NCBI GenBank assembly: GCA_951406725.2
Contig: OX597817.1
Span: forward strand, 120,156,001-120,220,000
Source of the DNA: Octopus vulgaris
Lineage: Eukaryota
Direction: 5' to 3'
Length of the DNA: 64,000 bases
Under the pieces are notes generated by a model that saw nothing but the letters and a program-made list of their open reading frames with translations, had not been told where the DNA came from and did not search any database. Below, one piece after another: positions 50,651 through 64,000 of the stretch. The position numbers were made by a program, and so were the translations under genes. Positions within the stretch are counted from its first letter, which is position 1; each line of letters opens with the position of its first letter.

Positions 50651-52219
50651 CTTGATAGAGTAGAGATGCAGTATTGAGAGAGATTGCTGAAATTGTCAAT
50701 GCAGGGTGTTAGAGAGATTAATACAGAATCTGTTTAGGGATAGGTAAAAGAAAATAACAGAGGGTCAGGAAAGAAGAGGTGACAGGTAGCAATACATGAA
50801 AGGGGGAGGTGGAGAGCAACAGTATCATAAAACCATAGATAGATGAGAAGTAGGGAGAAATGTGAGAGAGAGAGAAAATGCACAATGACAAAGACAAAGG
50901 TATATAAGGCTGGATACAATGAGTGACAAAACAAGGAGGGGCATCAATAACAAGGAAAGGAGCATTCAGTGGAAAAAGTGGCGATAAGAGATGGTGATGG
51001 GAGTGCAGTGTGGGTGGCAAGGGAAGTGGTTCTAGAGACTGAGATAACTGGTAGCACAAAATGTGGGATGGAATATGTGCAGTTCTGTTCTCATAGGATT
51101 ACAACAGCTGAGGAAATAGTGTCATAGTTAGAAAAGTGAAAGAGGCAATGGCTGTACAGAGAAAACTTGTGGAGAAGGCTTGAAAAGTATAGATTGGGTG
51201 TAGAAGAATAGACATTAACAATATGCTATTTAAACTGTATAAAAAACATCCTGCTTTAACCTCAACGTTACATATAACCATGATTTAGCATCCAAAACAT
51301 TTCTAATATTTCCTAATATTTTACAGAACTAATAAAGAGGGTCCAGAAAAGGCTGGTATTTTCCAAACAAAAACAAAATTGGATAATATTAAATAAGAGC
51401 GGTGATAACTGAAATATTCTTTTACTTAAAGAAACTGAAATCATACCAAGAATGGTATCTAACTTTGTTTTTATTAAAGCAATATTGACATACAAACTAA
51501 AGTTGAATTAAGTATGTTTTTCTAGTTTTTATTCTCTTTGGGTTTGAAAATTTAACTTATAATTTGAACTCTAACAGCACCCAATATTTTAAAATCTAAA
51601 CTCAAAGAAGTATGAAACATAAAATAAATTACTTTTATTCTATATGACAAAAAAAAATAAAATAATGATAATAAATTTCAGTGATTCAAACAATATGTGT
51701 ATTTTCTTCTCTTTAAAAATAAACTATTAAAGAATTCTAAATTAGCTCAACTTTTAAATAGCAGAAAAGCCATTTAGAAAATATTCATTCACAATTACAA
51801 CATCTTTCAAAAATCATTTTAGGTATGAACACTTTCACTAGTGTCTGTTCAATATAATAAACAAAATGACAATAACTGTGTTAGCAATTGACTCAATTGT
51901 TTCATCATTCTCTTTTTACTTACGAACAATGATTTTAGTTGGCTACCTTCTACTATTATTACTTCTTTCGACATTTTCTTATTTTTCTATTCCCGTCAAT
52001 GATCATGTTCAATAAATTTATAAACATCTTTCTCATTAAAGACTAATTCATGGGGAATTTTTACTAAGGAAACATATCATTTGAAATAAAATTCTTTTAA
52101 AAGGTGAGCATTTTCAATAGTTGTCTAATGAATCAAAGTAATTCCTGTTTTGTATTTTCTTGATGAATGGCATTTGTGTGTGTATGTGTGTGTGTACATT
52201 ATATATATGTGTATATCTA

Positions 52220-52260
<41 letters not shown>

Positions 52261-53494
52261 TTGGTTGCTATTATTCTATTCTGATCAAAAGTATTAACTA
52301 TGTGGCAGAAAAGTCTCATTAGTTATTTCCATTGTGAAATGATATTAAATGCAACAATCAACAATTATATACATGTACGTATAAGTACACCAACTAACAG
52401 TTGCATATTATTTGTGACTGTGAGTGTGTGGTGGGGGTGAGCATATATATGTTCCCATATATATTCTGAGTGCTTGTGCCTATATATATTATTTTTACAT
52501 ACTATTCAAAGTCTTTTCTAGTATATTATTTATTTGAAATATGATAATTCTTTAAAAATTGAACTTGTGAAAGAACAAAATTCTTCAAAGAACAGGTTTG
52601 TATACATGAAAAACAGAATAAACTTAAGCTTTATAAAGTTTGTTTAAAAATAATGCAGTTAATTATTCAAAATTTAACAAACAGTAAATTTTATCAACAA
52701 ATATATATTATGTAACACATGATATACTCTTCTTTTATCGAAGGTCAATTTAATTTTCAATCTATTCAAAACAGTAAGTTTTGGCTGGTCTCCATATGCT
52801 GTTGGACATTTTAAAAATATACAAATATACAACTGGACATCATTGTTCTTAATTTTATTTCCAACAAGGCAAATTGAATTCTTTATACTTAATTTAGGTT
52901 TGAGGAAAATTTGTGGTTACTCTTTGCTGTTTCCATTAATTTCATTAATTATGCCTACCTCTGAAATAAGGAGTTTGTTGACTGTTAGAATGTATGAAAA
53001 TCAACAATTTTAATGGAAGAGAGGTTTGACTGACAAGATCTCTTATATTTTGAACTATTTGAATTTATTGTTCTTTGGTTACAGTTTATCAAATGTCATT
53101 AAGCTTTAGACCACAAAATCACATATATTACATTGTCTCAATATCTATAATCTACTTTTCCCTCCTTGGTCATATTATTATACATTTTTATATTTTCTAC
53201 TAATACATTTTACATCTTGAGATGGTGAAATGAAATTGCAATTCAGAAGGAAGCTCTAGTAATGAGTTCTAAATTGCTTACATTGACTTTAAAGACACAC
53301 GGTACCAGAATCTAAAGATTTGAATGCATCGAAATATACAGGTCTCCTCCCTTGTGCTCAATGAGGAATCACAACAGTTAACGTGGTACAGACAGTCATA
53401 TGTTATCCAATGTCAGATGAGTTATGTTTCGTCTCAAAGCTAAACATTTTGAATCCTATTGTAACAATGGACTGACAAAGGTATTATATATATA

Positions 53495-53747
53495 ATCGAC
53501 CCCAGGACTTATTCTTTGTAAGCCTAGTACTCATTCTAACGGTCTCTTCTGTCAAATCACATAGTTACAGGGATGTAAACACACCAACATCGGTTGTCAT
53601 GCAATGTGGGGGACAAACACACACACATATATATATACAATGGGCTTCTTTCCATTTCTGTCTATCAAATCCACTCACGAGGCTTTGGTTGGCCCGAGGC
53701 TGTAGAAGTAGTCACTTGCCCAAGGTACCACACAGGGGACTGAACCA
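53495..53747 (-). mobile_element. SINE family C, partial
   Basis: tcgaccccaggacttattctttgtaagcctagtac..aaatccactcacgaggctttggttggcccgagg..cacttgcccaaggtacca. Confidence 0.8.
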
Positions 53748-53868
53748 TATAGATATATATATGTATATGCCTTTTTTTTTTTTTTTTTGTATGTATGTAT
53801 AATAATTATATATATATGTATGTTTTTTTTTTTTTTTATGTATGTATAGATAATTATATATATATTAG

Positions 53869-53899
<31 letters not shown>

Positions 53900-53905
53900 T
53901 GGTGT

Positions 53906-53941
<36 letters not shown>

Positions 53942-54023
53942 GAGAAAGAGAGAGAGACTGACAGACATACAGACACACATATGTCTCTCTCTCTCTCTCA
54001 ATATATATATATATATTTTATAT

Positions 54024-54104
<81 letters not shown>
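53748..54104. repeat. Compound (TA)n / poly-T / (GA)n-(TC)n low-complexity tract
   Basis: Visible simple repeats, including two tandem poly-T-gtatgtata-ataattatata units. Confidence 0.9.
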
Positions 54105-54106
<2 letters not shown>

Positions 54107-54345
54107 TTGCTATAATGTTAAACTGATGTAGGTTCAAAATTTGGCTAAAAGTATTTCTTTTAATATTTATTTTTGCTTGCAATAGCCGGTTCTTTTGGTC
54201 AAACTATTGTATCTCCAGCTGCTTCCAATGCCAAGATATCAAAAATTGTCAAAGTGTACTACAATGGTTTTGCTATGGAACAGTGAAACTATGTTCTCAT
54301 TTTCTGACACTTTTGCATAATAGCAATGATATATATATATATATA

Positions 54346-54790
54346 TGTTAGCCATATGGAAGATGGCAGAATCCTCAAGGACATATTCTACAGAGAGCTT
54401 GCTAGGGGCACTAGGTCTGTGGGAAGACCGTTCTTACGATACAAGGGTGTTTGCAAAAGGGACATGAAGGCCTGCAACATCAATATTAGTAGCTGGGAAG
54501 CAGTTGCCAGCAACCATGGAGATTGGTGACATACTGTAAAAGAGGGAACACAAAGGAGTGACAGAGAGAGAGAGGAAATGGAAAGACAAGAAAAGATGTC
54601 AACAAGAAACTATGACATTACAACCAGCCAGGAAAAGTCCTTGCTACATTTGCAGCACCTGCCAGAGGGAGTGTTTGTCCAGCATAGGACTAAACAGCCA
54701 CAGCAGGAGATGTATTCGGACATGAAATGTAAAAGCCGGACTAGATTATTCTATGCACAACTCCATTGTCTCCCGAGACAAAAAGGATGC

Positions 54791-54799
<9 letters not shown>
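54346..54799 (+). mobile_element. RTE (BovB-like) LINE 3' remnant inserted in (TA)n
   Basis: MEDGRILKDIFYRELARGTRSVGRPFLRYKGVCKRDMKACNI..WE; downstream decayed C-terminal zinc finger (CSTCQR..SSIGLNSHSRRC); (CAA)n tail; (TA)n on both sides. Confidence 0.88.
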
Positions 54800-54834
<35 letters not shown>

Positions 54835-56027
54835 TAGGCAGCTTGGTGATTGATTTTATCAGTTCTTTTCAAAATTTCTTGGTTGATGTAATCTTTTGTG
54901 ATATCAACAGTGTCACCAGTTTTATGTATTGAGTATGCCTTCTCTCATTTGTTAGTCCAGAAGAATAGGAGTGTGTGTACAGTAGCAGGATGTATATAAA
55001 ATATAGTAGTAGGCAACATAACGTTGCTCACATTTTGCTTTTAGTATTTACATAAACCACTCTTCTCAAATTCTAAAATTATTCATAAATATTCTGGCTT
55101 CTTTTGTTTTTGATACTCTTTTTGAAATTTCATTATATAAACTTTTTCCCAGCTTATTTTGCATGAGGAAATATAAAACATGATGTCTTCTAGAAAGCCA
55201 GGTAACATTGAAACTGAAACTTAACAGAGTAGATATTAAAAAACTCAAGCCTTTTACAGGTATTTTTTTTATAAAAAAACAATGTAAGATTTCAATTATA
55301 TTACACTCTTCTCTTCCAGTCATTTATGATCATACATTCTAAATATCCCTTTAAAATGCTAAACTTAAAAACTAGCGTACCTTTGATGATTCACATTTTC
55401 CCCTTACATTTTTATTAGATTCTATGTGGAGCACTATCATCTTTAGTTCTCTATGTTGAAATTTGGAAATGAATTCCCAAGTCCAAGTTATTTCAGCAAG
55501 TATTTTTTCACTCAATTTTCACCAATATTTGGTTAACATTTAAATGATTTAACCTTTATATACCCAAGGCTTTTGCCATAAAATACTGAATATTTCTAAA
55601 ACTAAGCTGATTATGACCTAAGCTTTAAGTCTTTTTTTTTTACTAAACTACAAATCTTTTAATATTCTTTTACATAAACCTAATCATTTCTTTAATATTC
55701 TATCCATATGTAACAATTTCCTTCTTTAAATTACACTTATCAGTTTTTCATATTAAAAATTCATTTTTAAATATAATTGTATGGGAAATTCTATTTGGAT
55801 ATATTTTACTAGTTCAATATCCCAAACTGGAATTCTTTTAATTCAATTCTATTTCTTTGTAAATTATTTTATATGTTGCAAGAGACAGATATTTTGTACT
55901 CTCAATAAAATATATCACCTTGTGTAACTTATTTGAATGTAATGCCAAGTTCATTTCTATCTAGCACTGAGTGGGTATAGTGTATTTTTAATATACAAAT
56001 AACATACATGTAATGCTAGACGCAAAT

Positions 56028-56327
56028 ATCATCATCATCTTCATCGTTGTTTAATGTCTGCTTTCCATGCTGGAATGGGTTGGATGGTTTGACTGAGGAC
56101 TGGTGAGCCAGAAGGCTGCACCAGGATCAATCTGATCTGGCAAAGTTTCAACAGCTGGATGCCCTTCCTAATGCCAACCACTCCAAGAGTGTAGTGGGTG
56201 CTTTTGCATGCCACCGGCACGAGGTTCAGTCAGGCATTTCTGGCAACGACCATGCTCAAAAGGTGTTTTTTTATGTGCTACCTGCATGGGAGCCAGTCCG
56301 GCAGCACTGGCAACAACCACACTTGAA
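56028..56327 (-). mobile_element. SINE family B
   Basis: (CAT)n tail and family-B body with two internal units. Confidence 0.85.
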
Positions 56328-56618
56328 ATATATAGGCATTATTTTAAATATAAACTAATTACTAATTATTAGGTAAATCACAGGATATATGGGTTAGTAT
56401 TTTTCTACACGTTCTGTAAAATGAAGTGAATAACAGACAAATCATCTAAGTAGGTTGCTGTTGTATCAGTCAACTTTCCCTGCAAAAAGGCTTTTAAATA
56501 GATACTTGAAGCCAAATTGTACATATAAAAATATTTGGAATGATATTTTAGGGGCCACTCAGCAATGCAGAACAAATACTGTAAAGTACCATTGTGTATA
56601 ATAAATAACTACAACACG

Positions 56619-56850
56619 GAGGTCTGTGGCTCAGTGGTTAGGGTGTTACACTCATGATCATAATATTGTGATTTCAATACCTGGACTGGCAATCAAAGTG
56701 TTCCTGAGCAGTGTTCTTGAGCAAAATATTTAATTTCATGTCACAGTATTCCACTCAGCTGGCAAAAATGGATAATCCTGCAAAGGACCAGCACCTTGTC
56801 TAGGTGGGGGATATATATGCTATGGAATATAGGAAACTGGCCTTATGAGC
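56619..56850 (+). mobile_element. tRNA-derived SINE family D
   Basis: tggctcagtggttagggtgttacactcatgatc head; homologous to 35316-35540. Confidence 0.7.
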
Positions 56851-57629
56851 CTAGCTCAGCTACAACACTAGCTCAAATAAGAAGTAAAAAGTTTTTGTAT
56901 CACAACAAGGGTTAAGAAAGTTTATATCATAAATGTGTTTCATTGAGAGTAGTTTTTTTTTTCATATGTTTGATGAGTTCTAGACTTGATTTATTTCAGC
57001 ATTGATAAAATAAGAAGTGGTAATATACTAGATTCAATTAACTATACATATCCATTAGGAAAAAAGTTGTTTTTCTTTTCCTTTAGTTTATTTTCCCTTT
57101 CCTTTTTATAACAATTTATCATCTAACAACATAATATGCACAATATCTGATCATTTATTCAACACTATTTCTTAAGAGATTATTTTCACAATTTCACATT
57201 GATGAAATCCAGAATTGATTCAAAGGATTTAAATCGAAGATGTATAAGGATTGAATTATGTTCAATTTATAAGAATATTTTATTTACTTTAACTTCAAAA
57301 TTACAAAAGAAATCCTAAAAGAACAATCGGTCAGATAATAGGGAAATATCTCACATAAGGAAATATAAACATCATTTTAACGTCTCTTCTCTCATAGCTG
57401 GACAGAAATGTCAGGGTTCATGTCATTATTCTTCCTTCCTAACAGTCCATTGTCATTTTTATCTGTGACGGCCAGCATCTTGAACTTTGACATCACATAC
57501 TACATCATTTTTTTCCATCTTCCTCTTCAGACTGAACCAACTTGAGACATCCATAATAAACAGCATTAATGTGAAATCATAGTATATTTGAAATTGACAT
57601 TTCTTATACAATTTTGATGTAAGAAAATA

Positions 57630-58323
57630 AGCACAGGAGTGGCTGTGTTAAGAAACTTGCTTCCCAACCATATGGCTCAGTCCCACTCAGTGGCACCTTG
57701 GGTAAGTGTCTTCTACTATAGCCTTGGGCTGACCAAAGCCTTGTGAGTGGATTTGGTAGACAGAAACTGAAAGAAGCATGTTGTGTACTGGCGAGGTTGT
57801 TGCCAGTGCCACTGGACTGGCTCCTATGCAGGTGGCACATAAAAAAGACCATTTGAGCGTGGCCGTTGCCAGTACCTTCTGACTGGCCCTCATGCCAGTG
57901 GCACATAAAATCATCCGCTACACACTCGGAGTGGTTGGCATTAGGAAGGGCATCCAGCTGTAGAAACTCTGCCAGAACAAGAATGGAGTCTGGTGCAGCC
58001 ATCTGGTTCGCCAGTCCTCAGTCAAATCATCCAACCCATGCTAGCATGGAAAGCAGACGTTAAATGATGATGATGATGATGATATATATATGTGTGCGTA
58101 TATATATATATATGTGTGTGTAAGTATGTATTTGTATGTCTGTGCTTGTCTTCCCCACCATTGCTTGACAACTGATGCTGGTGTGTTTACATTACCATAA
58201 CTTAGTGGTTTGGCAACAGAGACCAACAGAATAAGGACTAGGCTTACAAAGAATAAGTCCTTGGTTGATTTGTTCAACTAAAGGTGGTGCTCCAGCATGA
58301 TACAAGTAAAAGAGTAAAAGAGT
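57630..58323 (+). mobile_element. SINE family C with a nested family B copy (57788-58083)
   Basis: Family C head and body to 57787, family B insert ending in (GAT)n at 58083, then family C resumes and ends in gtaaaagagtaaaagagt. Confidence 0.88.
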
Positions 58324-58649
58324 GAATTAGAAACTACAAAATATATTTTGATACTGTAACTGTGGAGACTCAACACTGTATAGCAAATTAGTAATATTAT
58401 AATTAAATAAACCCATCTTTATTTTATAGAAAGTGTAACATCTTGGAATTTACTTGCATTAATCAGATTCAGGAAACAAGTATATTACCCCTCCCTCCCC
58501 CTTTTTCTCTCATGCACACACAGATTTACATTCATTTCTCTATATCACATTTGCTAGTTATTCAGGCAATTGTATTTCTATTTTATAACTAGATGTATAG
58601 ATTTCCTATTCAAACATGAAAAAGTTTTATCTAAGTATATAATAGCTGT

Positions 58650-59012
58650 ATAATGGTGAGCAAGAAAGTGAGTCATAAGCAGAGAGTGTGAAAAATCAGT
58701 AAAGATCAGAGGGAAATGGGTTAAGTATGATCTATTCAATGTATAATGTTAACCTGCTTTGAAGACAAAGCACAAGTGACCAGAGTGAATAACTAGGCAA
58801 TATGGACAAGAGAGATGGTTGAACTTTCTGCTATAGATGCACTGCAAATATTTGCTGGGTGCTAGGTAAAAAGATGTCTAGTGTACTCTTAGTGGAAGGT
58901 ATTGAAAGGACAGTTAATGTGAGGTGAAGATGGCAAATATATTAGGATACTAAGTCTCACAGAAACGGTGACAAATGACCAAGATAAATAGTGATGTGCT
59001 GTATAGCAGACA
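58650..59012 (+). mobile_element. Highly decayed RTE-clade LINE 3' remnant
   Basis: Collinear similarity to the remnants at 27905-28405 and 39340-39620 (..gtggaagg..ctaagtctcacagaaacggtgacaaatgaccaaga..gctgta). Confidence 0.45.
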
Positions 59013-60699
59013 CAAAAGAATATAGACAAAAGGATATTAAAATATTGCTAATAATAAAAATGAACTCCACCCATGATATATTATATAATTAACTGTTTAT
59101 GTATTCATAAGAAAAGAGAAAAGTTATAGTTTGTGAAGAAGATATAGCTAATTTAGAGCAAAAAACGTATTTAGCAAAATAATCTTTCCTGGAGTGAGAG
59201 AGAAAAGTAGTAACTAAAAAAGAAAAAGGTAGATAGAAAAAGAGAATGAATGATTTTTCATCTTTACTTTTAACTGGGAATTATAACAAAAGATAACAAG
59301 AAACAAACACGCCCAATTTTGTACCTGCCTTATTCATTCTGTAATTCCCATTCTACTTGACTTTACCCAGATACTGACCAGTGAAAATGTTTTAATGATA
59401 TTCATCGTATAGTGTCTTGCAATTCCAGAATCATGATTATCTCACCAAGTAAACCAGAAGAAATGAATAAGTATTTATATACAAAAGTCTTTCAAGTTAG
59501 ATATAATAAATATGTTATTAAGTTGCAAGTTAATTTCTTTTGCTTTGCTCATGTTTATTTTATAACAACTAATAGAAAAATAAACTATTCTAACTTATAT
59601 AGAATATTAATCTTTAAAGAAGTTTCACACAGATGATCCAAGCTAAGAATGATGCCATTAATAAAAAAAAGTGCAATGATTTATCAAATGATGCAAGCAT
59701 CATAACCAATTTGATTCAGACCAAAACAGCATATTCTGATTCAGAGTTGAGACTCCCTTAGTGGCCAATTATATTCATGAGCAAAAAATTACTAATGAAA
59801 AAGTCGTTATTTTATTTAATATTTTGTTTTGGTTTTTGTTAATAGTGAAGTATCTGCCGAATGTATAAACATTTAACCACTCTACAATGTCCATCAAGAA
59901 AGGTCCATTTTCAGATTAATATTTAAAAAGAGAAAAAGAGCCAAAGAAAATTACAACAGTGACAGTAAAAGCAAAATCGATTATTGTTCAATGAAGTGCA
60001 AAAAAGTTATATTAGCAAATATGCAAATAAATAATAAAATGTATCTTAGACTTATACTTTCAAAATACAACTCAGAATATTTAAATATAGATCGAAATTG
60101 AGCCTATTTAAGAGATGATGAAATAAATTTACAAGGTGTTTCAAATTTTTGAAAGACTATACAACAAAGATAATTGAATTACACATGAAAATCATTTATC
60201 ATTGGTACATCAATTTTTTTCTTTTTTTTTTTGTTTTGACAAGCCAGAAAGATTTAAGTAAATTATTCTTTGAACAGATTATCCAACCAAAGTAATTAAA
60301 GGTATCAGAAATAAAAAATGAAAATTTTTTCGCTCCTTTTGGTCTTGATTCATATATAGTGCTTTGTATATTGTTTTATCTTTGTAAGAATGAGAATGCA
60401 GTTATCATATATAAATTGTATGTTATGAAAGATTCTAAAATTTATAGTGTTCTATAAATTAAGATATTACATTTGTTATCATTTCAATATGCAGAATATG
60501 ACCAGCTGTAATAGATTATGGTAATTTAGGAAGGTATCTGGCTGAAAGGCTGGATGATTTCAGATACAATAAGAAACTTTCATTAAATATTATTCTTAAG
60601 TATTATGAAATGCAAAAACAAAAATGACTAAAAAGTCAAATAATTCTTTAAAAAAATTTTTTAAATTGAAAATTAGTTAGCATATAGTGCGTTCCTGGA

Positions 60700-61320
60700 T
60701 TTAGTTCAAGCCAATATAACAAAGCAACTGTCATAGATTGGAAATGATTTACATACATTGGAAGTAGTCTGTAAAAATATGAAGATGGTAACTAATGTCA
60801 AATACAACATAAGAAAGGCAACAGCAATATTCTGGCAAATGTACAAAATCTGGTCCATGGACAAACTGGACACGAACATCAATGTCCACCAGCCCAATTC
60901 CATCACACCATCAGTAGTATAATATGCAAATAAAACATGGAAGAAAACTGAAAATATCAAAATATTAATGCTTTTCACATAGTTGAAGAAAATCCCAAGT
61001 ATTATATTATGATCACATCAAGAGTAAAGCCTTATGAAGAGTATCAAATATTGTGATTACAGATTAAAAAATATGACTGACTGGGCATTTCCTGCAGCAT
61101 CCAGATTATCAGTATATCAAAATAGCATTGAGATGGACACCAAAAGGGAGATGGAGAATACAAGGAAGACCAAGGGACACAAGACATTCAGCATTTTAGT
61201 TGTGTCTGAAGGTTGTCAACTAAACCGAAGTGACAAAGAACATGCTACTGATAGAAATTGATAGAGGAGAATTGAATACTGGTGTTGTGCAAACATGCAA
61301 AGGATGGACTGACTGACTGA
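60700..61320 (+). mobile_element. RTE-clade LINE ORF2 3' remnant
   Basis: FTYIGS..IRKATAIFWQMYKIWS..YANKTWK..GHFLQHPDYQYIKIALRWTPKGRWRIQGRPRDT; (GACT)n tail. Confidence 0.7.
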
Positions 61321-61594
61321 TGTAAAGTTTATTTAAGTGGCCACTGAATGTAAATCAATAAAGGCTAAATTCCAGTCATGATGGTATGAACATTTTCATA
61401 AATCAAATAAAATTATTATTGCATAGGAAGACCGCAAAACTACTTTACAAAGCTGTCTTAGTACTAAGTTTAGGCACCAAGTGACTATAACATCCCCATT
61501 ATCGTAGCCAAAGAAAACTATAAAGTGATGACATAAAGTTAATATTTTGTTTTTATTTATGGTAATAGTTGCTGTGGATATTCAGTATTGAAAA

Positions 61595-63295
61595 TAAAAT
61601 GGCAAGCTACATTATATGTAATCTAAATCTGCACATGTCACTTTAAAGTGAGGCCTTGTCATTTCAAAGAAACATTAATACTGTCAAAGGGAGCTTTTGC
61701 CACTTCAGAATGACAGTAATGATTCAAAAGTGAGAATAGCAATTTCAAACCGCGAATAACAATTTCAAAGTGAGATTAACACAAAAAAAATTGACTTAAC
61801 AGAAAACATAACACCAAAAGATCATAACAACATTTGTTATGTCAACAGTGTGAACTTACTTGGCTAATTATTGAAACAAGCCATGGTTGTAAGGCCTTCC
61901 AGTTTTATTCAGAATATATATGCCAATAGCACTCAATGCCAATTTTCTGAAAATATTATCTGCATCAAATTGTTTTGACACTAGCAGGATTGTTTTCATC
62001 TTCTACAAATATATCTGGAAGAGCATGTTCAACTTTTATTGTTTACTATATGCATGAGAATCATTCCTTGCATGGAAACTTCAATCCCATGATTACATGC
62101 ATTATCACGTATATGAAAACTTATTCCTGGTAAAGAAAATGTGTGGGTAAATGAAGTTTTCGAAATATTCTTTATGCATATCATTATGAAACTCTCTCAG
62201 AAATTAATACATCTGTGCTTGACAAAACCTCAATAATATTAAAAGTTTAGGCTGCTTGTTCATAAACAGTCTTAACTGTGGACTTACTACTTAAGGTTTA
62301 GCAGTTGGTGCTAGTAGTGTGAAGATTAAGGTTAGATTCATCCACAAAAATTATTGATTTTTCCAGATGGAATAGTAGTTCTCAAATGCCAATTGAGAAA
62401 TTCATATCAAGCAATGATAACTTTAGGTCATTTTCTATCCTCAGGCTGAAAAACCAGATTTTTACATATCAGCATGCAATCTAGCTAGGAGTTTTGGAAT
62501 GTAATTGTTCCTCACAAGTAGTTTTTCTGGCAAATTCTATTTCATACCTTCATTTATCATTCACAAAAATAGGCTCACACCTTATCACCCTTTACAGTGT
62601 ATCTAACATCTATGAGTATGTTTCTTCCTTTTCTACCTTTACATCTTCTAAAATAATTCTCTTTCCTATCGTGAAATTAATGTCTTTATGGATTGAGCAA
62701 GATCCTTACAGTCTGATCAATAATCATAACAATCTGTCAGTTGACTGCAAGTGACACTGGACACTGGTAAACTTTTGTGCCGTTAGGCATTACAACAAAA
62801 ATGCTGACACCTCATGAAATAAATATAAAGACAATATAAGAGTTTCCGTGTGTTTTTAAATAAGTAAACTAGCTCTTTAGCAATCTGACTGTTACAAAAA
62901 TCACTTTTAAGAGAATATGTACTAGCTCTAAAACAAATAGTTACTACATACACTTGAGTAAAAAATCTGTTGTTGCATAAATAATGCACAACTTGTACTG
63001 TGACTGGAAGTAAAAAGAATTTTTTTTTTTCTGCTTTGTTTTGCTTTTAATGTAATAGTATTGTATTCTCTGCTTGATGAAGTCTTCCCTGCAACATTTT
63101 CTCTATGTGAAGATAGGCCGTGTATTGTTGGTCAATTAAAATCAAATTAAAATTTTGTTTAAGCAACATGTGCTCACTTTGAAATCACTGTTCTCAGTTT
63201 GAAGTAACATGCTCTCACTTTGAAATTACTGTTTCCATTTTGAAATGACACATCCTCAATTAGAATTGCAAATAATAAATTGGGCCATTTAAAAG
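61595..63295 (-). mobile_element. Decayed IS630/Tc1-mariner superfamily DNA transposon with inverted subterminal ~21-bp repeats
   Basis: TTCAAAGTGAG-type units at 61640-61775 are mirrored by CTCACTTTGAA units at 63170-63260; transposase motifs lie inside. Ends approximate. Confidence 0.65.
62080..62510 (-). pseudogene. IS630/Tc1-like DDE transposase remnant
   Basis: Minus strand: KNLVFQPEDRK*PKVIIA*YEFLNW, then IIFVDESNLNLHT (FVDES at 62334-62348), TFNIIEVLSSTDV, EYFENFI, DNACNH (62089-62106). Multiple stops and frameshifts; third motif (P.YSP.LNPIE) not found. Confidence 0.72.
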
Positions 63296-64000
63296 TATAT
63301 AAACTGATTTTTCTAATTTAGCTTTACAGTTTCATTATATTTAGAACGAAAAAAAGGAAAAATATTGCATAATAACAAAAACTGCTTTTCTGTTATTAAA
63401 TTTGACTAAAACATTTTCAAAAATTTAGAATTCATTTAATTATTAGAAATTTTAATATAACAATAATAGATTATATATTAGAAATGACAGAAAACAATTA
63501 TAATGAAATGTTTATGACTATATTGAAAATAATAAATACATTTTTACAGAACTGTAGATTTATTCAATTACAACTTTTTATCAACAGTTTAATCATATTA
63601 ACAAAACTAAGTTTTAAGATGTTTTGGAATATTTCGCAAAAAAAAGGGTTCTTGAGAATTAATATCTCAATTCAGTTTTCATTATAATGCTACATACATG
63701 ATTATTGAGGATTATAAATAAACAATTTAAAATATTTAATTAAGAGAAAATTGTTTAGATATTATTATTTGTTAACAAAGAAAATCTTACTTTTCACCAT
63801 GCAGTGTATTAAGCAAAATATTTTTAAAAAGGAAGTTTTACTCCAATATTGCACCATAATTATTTCATAAGGTGATCCAGAATATTAAAGATTTCACAAA
63901 ATAATTATATTAATATCACAAACATTTGCATAATCCTCCATAATTTGTGAGGATAAGCTATCAGCAAACTGCACCTTGTTTACGTAGATGGTATCAAATA

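Noticed and set aside
61860-61946. Minus-strand exon with strong CAA|gtaagt donor
   Set aside because: Stops in all three frames, and it lies inside the decayed DDE transposon.

Overview
AT-rich eukaryotic genomic DNA dense in repeats. The repeat families and microsatellites resemble those of octopus/coleoid cephalopods; this is inferred from recall, not a database search. No host protein-coding gene can be supported, and most ORF-track entries are microsatellite or repeat artefacts. The only long coding sequence belongs to a young, 5'-truncated Penelope-like retroelement (RT + CxCx5Cx5C linker + GIY-YIG endonuclease, Naiad-like) at 1-2695. It has a near-identical inverted copy of its 3' part and a candidate type I hammerhead ribozyme in its 3' end. 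Further hammerhead-like motifs and inverted duplications (8.5, 11.4, 17.5-18.2, 30.9-31.3 kb) suggest short non-autonomous elements that may use Penelope machinery. Features missed by the ORF track include a decayed IS630/Tc1-type DDE transposon with inverted subterminal repeats (61.6-63.3 kb), a short non-autonomous Helitron (13.6-14.0 kb), hAT and TTAA-type MITEs, about 25 SINE copies of four families and several RTE-clade LINE 3' remnants. A few exon-like segments are reported as speculative only.
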